Origin: Eledone cirrhosa
Lineage: Eukaryota
Length of the DNA stretch: 64,000 nucleotides
Direction of reading: 5' to 3'
NCBI GenBank assembly: GCA_964016885.1
Contig: OZ024742.1
Location: 229,276,001 to 229,340,000, forward strand
Shown here piece by piece: positions 1 to 12,227 of the stretch (position 1 is the first letter of the stretch; every line of letters starts with the position of its first letter). Made by a program: the position numbers and the translations under genes. The notes beneath the pieces are model-generated. The model was not told where the DNA came from. It made no database searches and saw only the letters and a program-made list of their open reading frames with translations.

Positions 1-308
1 TTGTGTTCACTCACATTCATAACGATTAGATAAATCTACATGTACTTCTTTGAATATATGTATGTATGTGTGTATGTATGTTTGAATGCATGTATGTGTG
101 TATGTATGTATGTGTGTATGTGTGTATATATGTATGCGTGTATGTAAGTATATATGTATATATATATATATGCATGTGTGTGTGTGCGTGTGTGTGTGTG
201 TGCGTGTGTGTGTTACAGAGGCATATAGACAAGGAAAGAGCGCCAGACGTAGAGAGAATGTGGCAGACAAAATTGTGTTGAAATACGTTAAGTTATATAA
301 GCGGAAAC

Positions 309-388
<80 letters not shown>

Positions 389-1329
389 ATGTGTCTATAT
401 AATTATATATGAGTTTGTGTAGGAGTGTGTTTAAACATATATATTTACAAAAATATATTTTTAGCATAAACAATTTTTAATCAATATATAAACACATACA
501 TAAAATTATTTATTGATTAAATCTAAAAATCTAAAAATGCAAATATGTACATTAAAATGTTTTTGAATGGTGAATAGTTTTTGACATTTTGATTATAATT
601 TTATGTAAAAACTGGCAGCTGCTTACTATTCACGTTCCGTCTGGTTACATATATTTATTTATCTAACTATACGTCGCTTCATCTTCACCAATCATCAATG
701 ATATTCATAATTAATTTTTCGCTTTGCGTAAATGCTAATATTAAAGTTGCAATAAAAATAATGTAGGTTTAGTTTTGTCTTCACTTATATATTTATTTAT
801 TTATTTATTTATTTATTTACTTATTCATCTATGTATTTCTTCTTTTTTTTCTTTTTACAATTATTTTGTAATCAAACTATACACTCTGTCAAAATTTCTT
901 TCGAAAGCATTTCTCAGGCAATGTATCAATAAATGTAAGGAAGCGCCATTTCGTATTACATTTTTGGTATATTTTGTTGTTGCTGTTTTTTTTTTTTCAT
1001 TTATTCCTCATTTCAATTTAGACGATTACAAACATGGCGCCTCTTAGACGAAATCAAATCGAATTTGATCAACAACGGCAGCAGTAATTTGACACTATTC
1101 TTACCTCGGAATCAGATGGAAAGTCTAAACTTTTGCGAAAGTGATACAAACGAAAGTGATAAAACGAAAATCAGAAAAACAGTGAAAATGAAAGAATACA
1201 ACAGCAGCAATATAAACGAAACAAACAACAACAGTGTAACAGTTAATATTCATATATTGGAATATTGGAATGAATAAATTGTGCTATTGAAATATAAACG
1301 CATAAACTAATATTCAACTGACTAATCTA

Positions 1330-1690
1330 AAGATTGTGTGGACACCAATATATGGTGAGGTGTATGATGGGTTGGACTTCCATCGATTTCGACGACAAAA
1401 GTTCCAGTTGATATGATCAACAGCTTGGTCATCAAATTAACGTGCAAGTGTTTGAACATAACATTTATACGAATGTACAGCTAACCTAGTTCTCATGGCA
1501 ATTCAGCGTGTCAATGTGTCTAACACTTCTGCTCCTTTGATCAACAAATCATTTTTCCCAGTTGAGGGGAGTGAAATAGAGCAGCATGGAAAACAGTGTC
1601 TCCCTCAAAGATATAAGCCCTCGCCGTGAGACAAACTCATGACCTTACGATCATAAGTCGAACACTCTAACCACTATACCACACGCATTC
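1330..1690 (-). mobile_element. Decayed tRNA-derived SINE (family 2)
   Basis: Minus strand starts gcgtgtggtatagtggttagagtgttcgac (A-box-like); body loosely resembles copies at 27412 and 60470-60700. Confidence 0.5.
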
Positions 1691-2419
1691 GCAGATAGGT
1701 AGCAATGGCAAGGTATATATACCATTGAACTGTAGTAGCCCTACTGAATGAAGATTTTTGTTTTCATGCAGTGTCTCTTGATTGACGGAGGTAATCCCTT
1801 CCCAAAGTTTAAGCACAGGAGGAATTGAATTTGGCATTCACTAACGACTAGTACATAATTTAGGAAACTTTACAATAGTGTAACTATTTGTAGTCAATTC
1901 AAGGGTCTCAAAAGTTAATATCGATTAACAGCTTTTGATGGATTGAATAGTTAGATCCAAAAACCTGATAGTATTATAAGGAATATATACATAGAAACAT
2001 ACGATAAAATACACTTTATTCTTATGGATTTCTGATTTATATATAATTAGTCTTTATTGTCTTTTTATTTTATATTCCGTTTACTGATTTATTTATTTAG
2101 TTAGTATTTGACGACAAGGCAAATAATCAACGAATATCGATTTTTGAAACATTTTGCGATTCCTCTGATAGGTGATGTTTGAGAGTAAAGGTTGCTTAAA
2201 CAAGGATATGAAGAATTGCCACTAATACTGCACGAATATCCGACTCTCGACTAATAGCGTCAAGTACTGGGTTCAATTTTAATTGGTTAAACCCTCGCCA
2301 CTAAAATTCTGGCCTTAGGCCTAAATTAAAAGCCTTATGAAGATCTCGTATTGTTCAGTCACACAATGGTAAGCCAAGCCCACAACAATCTATTATAACA
2401 TACTGATCTAATCAACATT

Positions 2420-2735
2420 ACAGCACTTTACATTACACTACACTAAAACATCACTGCATCACACTACACATCAATTTACAGTATATCACATTACACCACA
2501 CCACACTATATCATACCACATTATATCATACCACATGAAGCTACAACACACTACACACCTTTAGATCATACCATACTATATCGCATCACACTACATAACA
2601 CCACACGATACTGCACCACATAACATTACACACCGATATATCACACCAGACTACATTATACTACAACTCACTGCATCACACTATACTACACACCACAACA
2701 TCACACCACAGGACACTACACCACACCGCATTAGT
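2420..2735. repeat. Degenerate pentamer repeat (CACTA/CACCA/CATCA)
   Basis: Visible 5-bp periodicity. Confidence 0.85.
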
Positions 2736-3374
2736 ACATATTTACTTCCCATTAATATATATGTAAGAAGCTACTGTGGGTAATATTTCAAATGTGATTC
2801 GCTAGAGAGATCTAAGAAGATCGAAACAATTGTTTTTAAATACAAGATACATTCTTTCAGTAGAGCTATTCTGCTAGAGAACGGGTCGCAAGTAACGGAT
2901 AGCGATACGGCCACCAGATATGTTCGGACCTGCCGGAGGAATAAGGAAACCCCAACCAACAGCAGTAAACTATTACGAGTGTTGGAGATATAGGTGACAC
3001 TTTTAGGTCCTAAGAAATCTCTCACAACCCAGTGATGTAACTATGAAATAAAGGCCGCCTCTAAAACAAGCTTAGTCTACTCGGGTCTGAGAAAAGTACC
3101 AGGTTGGTGACTGACGTAAATAAGACCAACAAAACTGCGATAGCGTAAAATGTAACAAAATGAATCCTACCGCATCGTCTTTTGCGCGAGTTAACAAGGG
3201 AAGTGTTCAGGACTTAGGTAGAGTGACCTGTTAAAGTATATTGCTATCCCCATTTCATGCTGTAAAAACTGGCGATGGGCCTGTGACCTATCCTGGGAGG
3301 CGTGGCGTGGACACACCAAAAAGTGCGTATTTCGTGTGTATTCCGTAACCCAAAAAGGGTTCGGAAGGGAGCAA

Positions 3375-3600
3375 ACATTGACAAATGGAACCCGGAACAT
3401 TACAACCCTTACATTTAAAGAGCAGGAACTAATGGAGGAGGCGAGATGCTACCGGTTAGATATAGTCGGGGTTTCCTGCACAAAGTTCCGTGTATCTAGC
3501 ACTGTAGATTTGTCTGGGGGGGGGGGGGAAACTCCATTATTCATGTGTGGAGCTAGAAAGTAGTGCACAGGTGGGAGTGAAGGTACTCGATAGAGTGCGT
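3375..3600 (+). pseudogene. Decayed N-terminus of an RTE-clade APE endonuclease
   Basis: LTNGTRNITTLTFKEQELMEEARCYRLDIVGVSCTK fits the GTWNV..L..K..EL..E..RYRLDIVG start of Rex3/Expander-type RTE proteins; frame lost after a poly-G run. Confidence 0.6.
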
Positions 3601-3770
3601 AGATCTGAGATCAGACTGTCGTTCCAAGTAGATCCGCTACATTTCCGGAACGAGTGATCATAGCTCCGATATTACAAGTATGTGGTTAGAATGTCTCATG
3701 AAGAAGGAGGAAGAAGTAGAAGAAGAAGAAGAAGGAGAAGGAGAAGGAGAAGGAGAATAATAATAAAAAT

Positions 3771-4765
3771 AGGTCTTATCAGCATAGAGGACTGTGTTCA
3801 GATGGAAAAAAACAACCTACACAAATACGTGACTGGTGTAAGGAGCCAATGCTCAGAACTGTACTGAAGGAGGGGACAATAAGCCAGGGGATGTCCAAGG
3901 AGGAAATAACATCAAGGAGAAAGAGCAGCCTTCAGGAAAAATCCCTTCATAGTACCTTCTTTGAGAAAACTGAATTTACAGATCCACAGACATGGAACTG
4001 GTTGAGAAGAGGAGACCTTAAAAAGGCTACAGAAGTAATGTTAATGGCTGCGCAGGAGCAGGCCCTCAAAACGAAGTGGTTGAAACACCATATTTACAAG
4101 GAGGAGGCTAGCCCACTGTGCAGGATCTGTGGAGAGAGAGAGGAGACTGTGGCTCACATTGTATCCGAGTGTAGACACCTAGCCCAGACCCACTATAAGG
4201 GCTGGAGACATGATGTGATGGGCAGGGTGATCCACTGGCACCTGTGCAAAGTAAACAATTTACCACATTCTGAGAACTGGTATGAGCATAAGCCAGAGGC
4301 AGTGATGGAGAACAATCAGGTGAAGGTGCTGTGGGATTTTAGGATACAGACGGACAAGAAACTGGAACACAATAGACCTGACCTGGTGGTTGTGGATAAA
4401 GAAAAAAGATCGTGTCTGATTGTGGATGTGGCCTGCCCATTCGACACGAGAGTGCAAGAGAAGGAGAGGGAGAAAATTAACCGATACCAGGACTTAAAGT
4501 GGGAGGTAAAAAGGATTTGGAACTGCCATGAAGTCAAAGTGATCCCGATTGTCATAGGCGCACTGGGGACTATCTCCAAAAGTTTCCAGGGATGGTTAAA
4601 GAAAATCGGCCCCTTCACGCTTTTTGGAACGATTCAAAATGCATGCTTGCTGGGAACAGCAAGAACCCTCCGATACGTCCTGAATATCTGAGGCTGCAGG
4701 TAGTGGCTTGATATTCATTCCAACGGACTTTCCAGTTAACTAACATCAATGACTGAGATTCAAGG
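3771..4765 (+). mobile_element. 5'-truncated R4/Dong-type RLE retrotransposon, copy 1
   Basis: Near-identical to ~14700-15694; ORF 3849-4691 has CRICG..H....C knuckle, RHD and PD..D endonuclease motifs; flanked by (AAT)n. Confidence 0.93.
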
Positions 4766-4797
4766 AATAATAAAATAATAATAATAATAATAATAAT

Positions 4798-5493
4798 AAC
4801 GAAGTGGTTGAAACACCATATTTACAAGGAAGAGGCTAGCCCACTGTGCAGGATCTGTGGAGAGAGAGAGGAGACTGTGGCTCACATTGTATCCGAGTGT
4901 AAACACCTAGCCCAGACCCACTATAAGGGCTGGAGACATGATGTGATGGGCAGGGTGATCCACTGGCACCTGTGCAAAGTAAACAATTTACCACATTCTG
5001 AGAAGTGGTATGAGCATAAGCCAGAGGCGGTGATAGAGAACGATCAGGTGAAGGTGCTGTGGGATTTTAGGATACAGACGGACAAGAAACTGGAACACAA
5101 TAGACCTGACCTGCTGGTTGTGGACAAAGAAAAAAGATCGTGCCTGATTGTGGATGTGGCCTGCCCATTCGACACGAGAGTGCAAGAGAAGGAGAGGGAG
5201 AAAATTAACCGATACCAGGACTTAAAGTGGGAGGTAAAAAGGATTTGGAACTGCCATGAAGTCAAAGTGATCCCGATTGTCATAGGCGCACTAGGGACTA
5301 TCTCCAAAAGTTTCCAGGGATGGTTAAAGAAAATCGGCCCCTTCACGCTTTTTGGAACGCTTCAAAAGGCATGCTTGCTGGGAACAGCAAGAACCCTCCG
5401 ATACGTCCTGAATATCTGAGGCTGCAGGTAGTGGCTTGATATTCATTCCAACGGACATTCCAGTTAACTAACATCAATGACTGAGACTCAAGA
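4798..5493 (+). mobile_element. 5'-truncated R4/Dong-type RLE retrotransposon, copy 2
   Basis: Near-identical to ~14999-15694; begins in the (AAT)n tail of copy 1 and ends in (AAT)n. Confidence 0.93.
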
Positions 5494-5502
5494 TGTAATA
5501 AC

Positions 5503-5539
<37 letters not shown>

Positions 5540-5781
5540 TTTTCTATATTAACCACAAGGGTTCACATAAAGTAGACATTAAGGACAGTACAGGACAATA
5601 CAGGACGGTACAAATGGGCATTTCTGCGTGTAAAAAAACAGAGGTTGAAATAAAATAACAAAGAAAAATTCCCCAATAGGGGGGAGACTTCCAAGGGACA
5701 TTTGTGGAGAAAGCCCATTAAAAGACCACAGTGGCCCTGACCACCAGGGCAAGTGCCCTCTCCCAGTTTTCCACCTTTAAT

Positions 5782-7705
5782 TTACAGACACATACTCAGA
5801 GAAGGCCCATTCATTCGGGCCATACTTGCTTCTCTCACCCATCTTTCAACAAAATGCTGGGAAGAGAGCACTTCCCTCTCTACCCTGATTTTCCTTTTCA
5901 AATGAAATTTGAAAAAGTTAATCAGGGCATCACCGAAGAGGTAAGTGCTCGTCTTCAGCCCTTTCAAACGTGTCCACCATACTATCTCTTTCGCCATGGC
6001 CACCAGACAGATAAAAACTGCCTGCCCTTCCAGGCTAAAGGAAGGGGGCGGGGCAATCCTCACGATGGACTCAGCTGATAGCTGGATCCGTCCTACACGT
6101 GACAGCAGGTCTTCGACATAAACCCACAAGTCAGCAATGCTCGGACACTGGACGAGTGCGTGCAGGACGGTTTCGTCGCCCTGCGCGCATTTCGGACATG
6201 CCCGGCTGACGGCCCCTCCATGCCTGTAGGAATTCTCCCGTTCTGTTGCCAGTTGCAGTAGACGTCCGCCAAGAGGCCTCCGAACAAGTTTGGCATTTGT
6301 ACGTAAAGTTCATAGGGCAGACCATCCAAACCAGGCGATTTACCCCTTGTGCAACTAGTCATTGCATCCCGTACTTCAGCGGTTGTTATCGGCTTTTCGC
6401 AACACTCCGCCTCAGTGGCCGAAAGCCGCGGCAGTCCGTCGAGATAGACACTAAAGTCCATCCCTCGATCCGGCCCGCCACTGCCCCCGAACAGTTGAGC
6501 GAAGTGTCGCTGAAAAGCTTCACACATTTGCCCGGGATCGAGTAGCATGCGCCCGTCGTGGTCCACCAAAGACCGGATCGTGGCTTTGTTGCCACGACGC
6601 GCCTCCGCCACTCGGGCCCATTGAACGGCTTTCGTCCCCTCGTGTCTGAGAGCACGCACCCTAGCTCTGACAACGCAGCCTTCGTGCTTTGCATTGAAGA
6701 ATTGGTCAAGGGCCAATTTCGCCGCAAGTACGTCGGTCGCGATGCCTTTGCTAAGCGCCTCATCTAATTTTCTAACTAATTCTCCCTCTGCTCTATTTTT
6801 CTCTATTGCTAAAGTCTTACTAAACCTAATGGACTCTATTCTAATTGCTCTTTTCAGAGCAAACCACCACTTGTTGTTGACGATGGCCCCCGTCAACGCC
6901 CGCTTAACTAGTTCGCTAATCCGGTCTCTGTAGACCTTGCGCGCTGGTAAGGACGCGTTTAGCTTCCAGTAGCCGGGTCCTCGTCTATGAAGCCTATCTA
7001 AGTCAAGCACACAGATCACGAATTTGTGGTCCGTGTAGCTGACTATCTTGAATTGTGGACAGCCTATGCTAGACCTATCTATTTGCCTACAAAATACTCT
7101 ATCTAGATATGATCTGGATGACCCTATGCGATTTGTCCAAGTCCACAGTGGTACATTCGGGAAATCCATTCGGTACCTGTCAGACAGTTCAAAACGTCTG
7201 AGCAGGTTGGTGAGACTCTTGCACCCTCCTTCCCTATCCACTAATCCCACACAATCCCAGCGTGCATCTAAGATCCCGTTCCAGTCGCCCACTAACACTA
7301 AAGAGCGGGACGTTCCAAGAAAGGTCTCCAGACGCCGGAAGAAATCAGGCCGCCCTGCTCCTGTCGGGGCATAGACGGCCACTAACCTGAAAGCTTGCCC
7401 GTCTCCGCTGGTCACGTCCAGCACCACCAACTTACCTTCTGGGTCCAGGAAGATGGCCCGTATGGCAAGATCCAAACCTCTCCGAAAAAGCACAGCAACT
7501 CCTCCCCCGATCCCGGACGGCTGGGAAATGCGTACACATCGTAGCCGCCGAAGATCGGTGCGAAAGCCTGTGCCTCGGAGATTCTGGTCTCGCTGATGGC
7601 CACTACATCTATGTTTAGTGACCTGAGGTCGTTGAGCAGGTGGCCCTGCTTCCATGACGACCCCAAGCCACGCGCATTTATGCTGCCTATTCTGAGTGAG
7701 GTCAT
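5782..7705 (-). pseudogene. Tx1-A ORF2 (endonuclease and C-terminus only)
   Basis: SINARGL, ISET, GDWN, SYLD, TDH, KSPGLDG motifs; frameshift near 7505; jumps to the CCHC C-terminal region at ~6230. Confidence 0.9.
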
Positions 7706-7739
7706 GTTGAAAAGGAGTGGAAAAGATGGGAAAGACCAC

Positions 7740-9718
7740 TTACCTTACTTCTTGTAGGGGAAGGACGGTTTTTCCATCCGTTTCACTGCTTGTGGCCTCC
7801 TCAGGAAGGATGTCCTTATAAATCCTCCTGGAGAGTGCTTGTCGGAAGTCTCCGATGTCTTTGGGGAATTTTTGTTTTAGTGTCATGCGAGTGATTTGTA
7901 TGTGTGGAGGTGGTGTGAATTTTGGGGTTGTTGTGTAGTCTTTTTCTGTGATGCTGGTGTTGTGTTGGATGTAGTGTAATAATTGCTTGTTGTTCAAATT
8001 TAATGCTGTGTAGTGTGTATCGTTTTGGTTGTTTTGTTTTGTTTGCGTTTGTTGTGGGTTTGTTTCTGTTTCGCATTTTGGTGACTTTTGTGGTGTAGGT
8101 GATGGTGGTGCTGGGGTTAATGATGGTGATGGTGTTGGTGTTTGGGTTGATGGGGTTGGTGATGCTGGTGTGGATGGTGGCATATCTGTCCTAACTTTTT
8201 TGTTTCTTAATTTATTTGTTTCCCTCTGTATTTTGTTTTTGGAGGGGGAAGGAAGAGAATTTTTTTTTTTTTTTTTTTTCCGGATATCGTTTCCCACTCC
8301 TCGTCGTCACAATGTGTCTCCAGTTGTGATAGGCCGGGGAGTGGAAAATCCCCCACGGCCGTTAGTTTTGGTTGTGGTGTGGTGGATGGTGTAGGCGCTG
8401 GTGCTAGTTCTGAAGCGTTGGGTGGTGGTGGTGTTGGTTTTGCTGGTGGTGGTAGTGGTGTTGGTTTTGCTACTGTTGCTGGGGTTGTTGCTGTTATAGT
8501 TGCTTCTGTTGTTGCTGCTACACTTGTTGCTGCCATCTCTGCTACTGGTGGTGTTGATGGTTGTGTCACTGGGGTGGGTAGGAGAGGTGGCCTCAACCTT
8601 TTAACCTGAGGGCAGAAAGCCCTTAGGTGGGTTCCTTCACCACAAACGACACACCTAGGTCTTCTGCCCTCGACAATTACCGTGAGGTGGCTGCCGTCAG
8701 TGAGGTCTATTACCTCTGGGACCTCCTCAATGCTTTTTTGGTCCGCCTGGATCAGGAGCTCCATCCCAGATCCGGACCAGTTTTCCTGCTTTTCCTTTGC
8801 TATTGCTATTATTTTCGTGTTGGCTTAGATGCCGGCGAGGACAGCCGCTATTAGCCAGGGAATTTCGATGGCCGGTGGAACGTGGGTCACCTTGATCTTT
8901 ACGAGTCTCTGGCCACAATAGCTTGGGACGAGTGTGAAGTCGTCACTTTTTAATGGGGCCATGGAGTGTTCTCTAGCCTCCTCTGGTGTTTCAAAGAACA
9001 CATCCACGGTTCCATACTTTTGCCCACGTCTGATGTGGGTTTTTCTTGCCCACACATGTCCCAAAGCTTTTTGGATTTGGGACTCGGATGCCCGTTCCAC
9101 TCGGCGCGATTTTACATTTATTGTTCTATACGACACGGTGCATAGGCGCCGATGCTCCATTTTATTAGGTGGGGTGGGGGGGGGGGGGGGGGGGTGAGGC
9201 TGACCCTGTACCCATCTTTCTTTACCATTTGTTTGGCATTTTCTAAATCTTCCTGAGTTACCGTAAAAGCTTCGAATTGTTTTGCTACTCTGGCGAAACT
9301 GAGGGGGGGGGGGGGTTATAATGTCATTGTTGTTGTTGTTGCTATCGTTAATATTAATTTTTGTTTCAGTTGTGGTGGTGGTGACGTCAGTCGTCTTTGG
9401 TGGGGAAGAGTCCATTTTGCTTGATTTCATTTCGACATCACGAGTTAATTTATTTTTTTCTTCTTTTGTTTCTGTTGTCGCGGTGGTGGTGGTGGTGGTA
9501 GTTGTCGCGGTGGTGGTGGTGGTGGAGGCTTTAACACCTGCAGTCATTGGTAATGGCGGGAAATGAATGTCTGCCTGAGACAAATTTAAAATATTGCTAG
9601 TGCTTATATATTTTTTTGTGTTGGCAAACGTAGTAACATTTACAATGGTGGTGTCGGTGTGAGGTGTTAATTTGTGAGGAAGGCTTTCAGCTGCTTCGTG
9701 CAGAGGTGAATTAGCCAT
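7740..9718 (-). pseudogene. Tx1-A ORF1 (gag-like), disrupted
   Basis: ORF pieces 8825-9727, 8207-8764, 7740-8297; knuckle CVVCGEGTHLRAFC; core aligns to ORF1 of copy B. Confidence 0.85.
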
Positions 9719-9926
9719 TTTTTTCAAAGAAATTTTTTTGATAATAATAAAAGTTTAAATTTTGGGCACAAGGCCCCAATCTTTTTGGGTGTCCTTTTCG
9801 GAAAACAATGTATGTGCGCTTATAAACAGTTAACAATAAAATTTTCCATAAATGACAATTTTTAACAAACGGAAATAACAAACCTTTGCGGAGCTCACGA
9901 TGATACGATTTACTACGTAGGTCGCC

Positions 9927-9970
<44 letters not shown>

Positions 9971-9971
<1 letters not shown>

Positions 9972-10156
9972 TGTTATTTCTTTAGGCACAAGGCCAGCAA
10001 TTATCCAGTGCATTACTGGTACTTTATTTTATCGACCCCGTAAGGATGAAAGGCAAAGTCAACCTCGGCGGGTTTTGAACTCAGACCGTAAAGGGACGTA
10101 ACTATGCTGGAAAGCATGGCGCCCGACCCTCTACCGATACTGCCAATCCACCGCCT

Positions 10157-10157
<1 letters not shown>
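9971..10157 (-). mobile_element. tRNA-derived SINE family 1 (Nin/Deu-like core)
   Basis: A-box tggcagtatcgg, B-box gagttcaaaacc, core gcctttcatccttacggggtcgataaaataaagtaccag resembling the Deu/Nin domain as I recall it, (ATT)n tail; many copies in the window. Confidence 0.88.
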
Positions 10158-10190
<33 letters not shown>

Positions 10191-10370
10191 GACGCACGGA
10201 ATAAGGGAAGAAGACGCACGAGGTGACGGAGGTCATGAAATCGCTCCCGTAAGTTTTGAATTTTTAACATATTTAAATCATTTGTGAAATAACAACTCTT
10301 AGTACAAATGCTACGTAAAGCACCCGGCTTGAGCCCCAAAAAAATTCGGACCCAAAATATATTGTTATAA

Positions 10371-11656
10371 GGCTCAAATATTCAAATATTCAACTTTGTA
10401 TTGTACACTGTATATCCAAAAAAAAATGGCTATAAATGGAAGAAGAAGAACCCCCCCCCCTCCTCTCCTCTGGCTACACTATATAGGACAGCTAAACTCA
10501 CCAACACCAGAAACTAGATACACCACCCACCCCATCATCTGTGTACACTAAACACAACAGCATTTTCACCTTCACCGCCACCGCTCACTACGGCCATCAT
10601 TACCACCACTATCCCATCACCGCCGCCACCACCCCTTGACTCCTTCACTGCTGCTGCCACCGCTACAGCACCATCACTACAGTAATACGGCTCAAATATT
10701 CAAATATTCAACTTTGTATTGTACACTGTATATCCCCCAAAAAAATAAAATGGCTATAAATGGAAGAAGAAGAACCCCCCCCTCCTCTCCTCTGGCTACA
10801 CTATATAGGACAGCGAAACTCACCAACACCAGAAACTAGATACACCACCCACCCCATCATCTGTGTACACTAAACACAACAGCATTTTCACCTTCACCGC
10901 CACCGCTCACTACGGCCATCATTACCACCACTATCCCATCACCGCCGCCACCACCCCTTGACTCCTTCACTGCTGCTGCCACCGCTACAGCACCATCACT
11001 ACAGTAATACGGCTCAAATATTCAAATATTCAACTTTGTATTGTACACTGTATATCCCCCCAAAAAATAAAATGGCTATAAATGGAAGAAGAAGAACCCC
11101 CCCTCCTCTCCTCTGGCTACACTATATAGGACAGCGAAACTCACCAACACCAGAAACTAGATACACCACCCACCCCATCATCTGTGTACACTAAACACAA
11201 CAGCATTTTCACCTTCACCGCCACCGCTCACTACGGCCATCATTACCACCACTATCCCATCACCGCCGCCACCACCCCTTGACTCCTTCACTGCTGCTGC
11301 CACCGCTACAGCACCATCACTACAGTAATACGGCTCAAATATTCAAATATTCAACTTTGTATTGTACACTGTATATCCAAAAAAAAAATAAAATGGCTAT
11401 AAATGGAAGAAGAAGAACCCCCCCCCCCTCCTCTCCTCTGGCTACACTATATAGGACAGCGAAACTCACCAACACCAGAAACTAGATACACCACCCACCC
11501 CATCATCTGTGTACACTAAACACAACAGCATTTTCACCTTCACCGCCACCGCTCACTACGGCCATCATTACCACCACTATCCCATCACCGCCGCCTCCAC
11601 CCCCTGACTCCTTCACTGCTGCTGCCACCGCTACAGCACCATCACTACAGTAATAC
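10371..11656 (+). repeat. Four tandem ~320-bp units upstream of the Dong ORF
   Basis: Units start ggctcaaatattcaaatattc at 10371, 10689, 11011 and 11332; differences are almost all homopolymer lengths. Confidence 0.97.
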
Positions 11657-12227
11657 GGTCGCATCACCGCCACCACTGCCTCGGTATCGACATCACCACC
11701 ACCACTGTCTCAGTATCGCCAACGCCGCCAGTCTCTGCTGGCTACCACTTCCACATTATAGAATTCCTACTACTAACAAAGAGGAAGGCATCAAAATATA
11801 TAGATAGACTCAAAAGAAAAAAGAAAAAACAAACAACAAAAGCAGCACAGCAACAACAGTAAAAAACGAGAAAAACAGAGAAAAACAAAAACAAAAAAAG
11901 AAACCCCAAAAACGTAAAGAAAATAAGAATGAAGAGAGAAGCAGGCGGACGGACAGAGAAGAGGGGGGGAAAAGTAAAACTTAAAAAACAAAAACTAAGT
12001 CAGACATTCGAATACTACATTACAATGAAACTTATGCTTATTCATTTTTGGGGCCCTTTCTGCCCGTGTGTTTGTTTGTTTATGTGTGTCCGTATACAGC
12101 GTGGTGATAATGCCACACAAGGGCCAAGTGGGATGGCGGATCCACAGATGGCTATGTAAACATACATTCGCCAATCCTCGATAAGAGTGTTTAAATATCG
12201 AACATAAACAGTTCGAATAACGGTGAA

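Larger units (their letters stand above)
5539..9926 (-). mobile_element. Tx1/L1-type retrotransposon A, RT domain deleted
   Basis: ORF1 with CCHC knuckle, ORF2 with APE endonuclease, 3' UTR shared with copy B; (AAT)n at both ends. Confidence 0.9.

Noticed and set aside
7-473. ORFs rich in YI/HT/CV dipeptides, here and throughout
   Set aside because: Translations of (TA)n and (CA)n repeats.
7495-7515. Frameshift at the same ORF2 site in both Tx1 copies (also ~19122), suggesting programmed frameshifting
   Set aside because: A lacks one G and B has one extra base at a G-run, so these are independent mutations or sequencing errors.
10371-11656. Repeat array beside an RT as a CRISPR-like or DGR-like system
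   Set aside because: No unique spacers or variable region, and the RT is a standard non-LTR enzyme.
12050-12180. HDV-like ribozyme before the Dong ORF
   Set aside because: Hairpins exist (ggccctt/aagggcc) but P1.1, L3 and J4/2 could not be placed.
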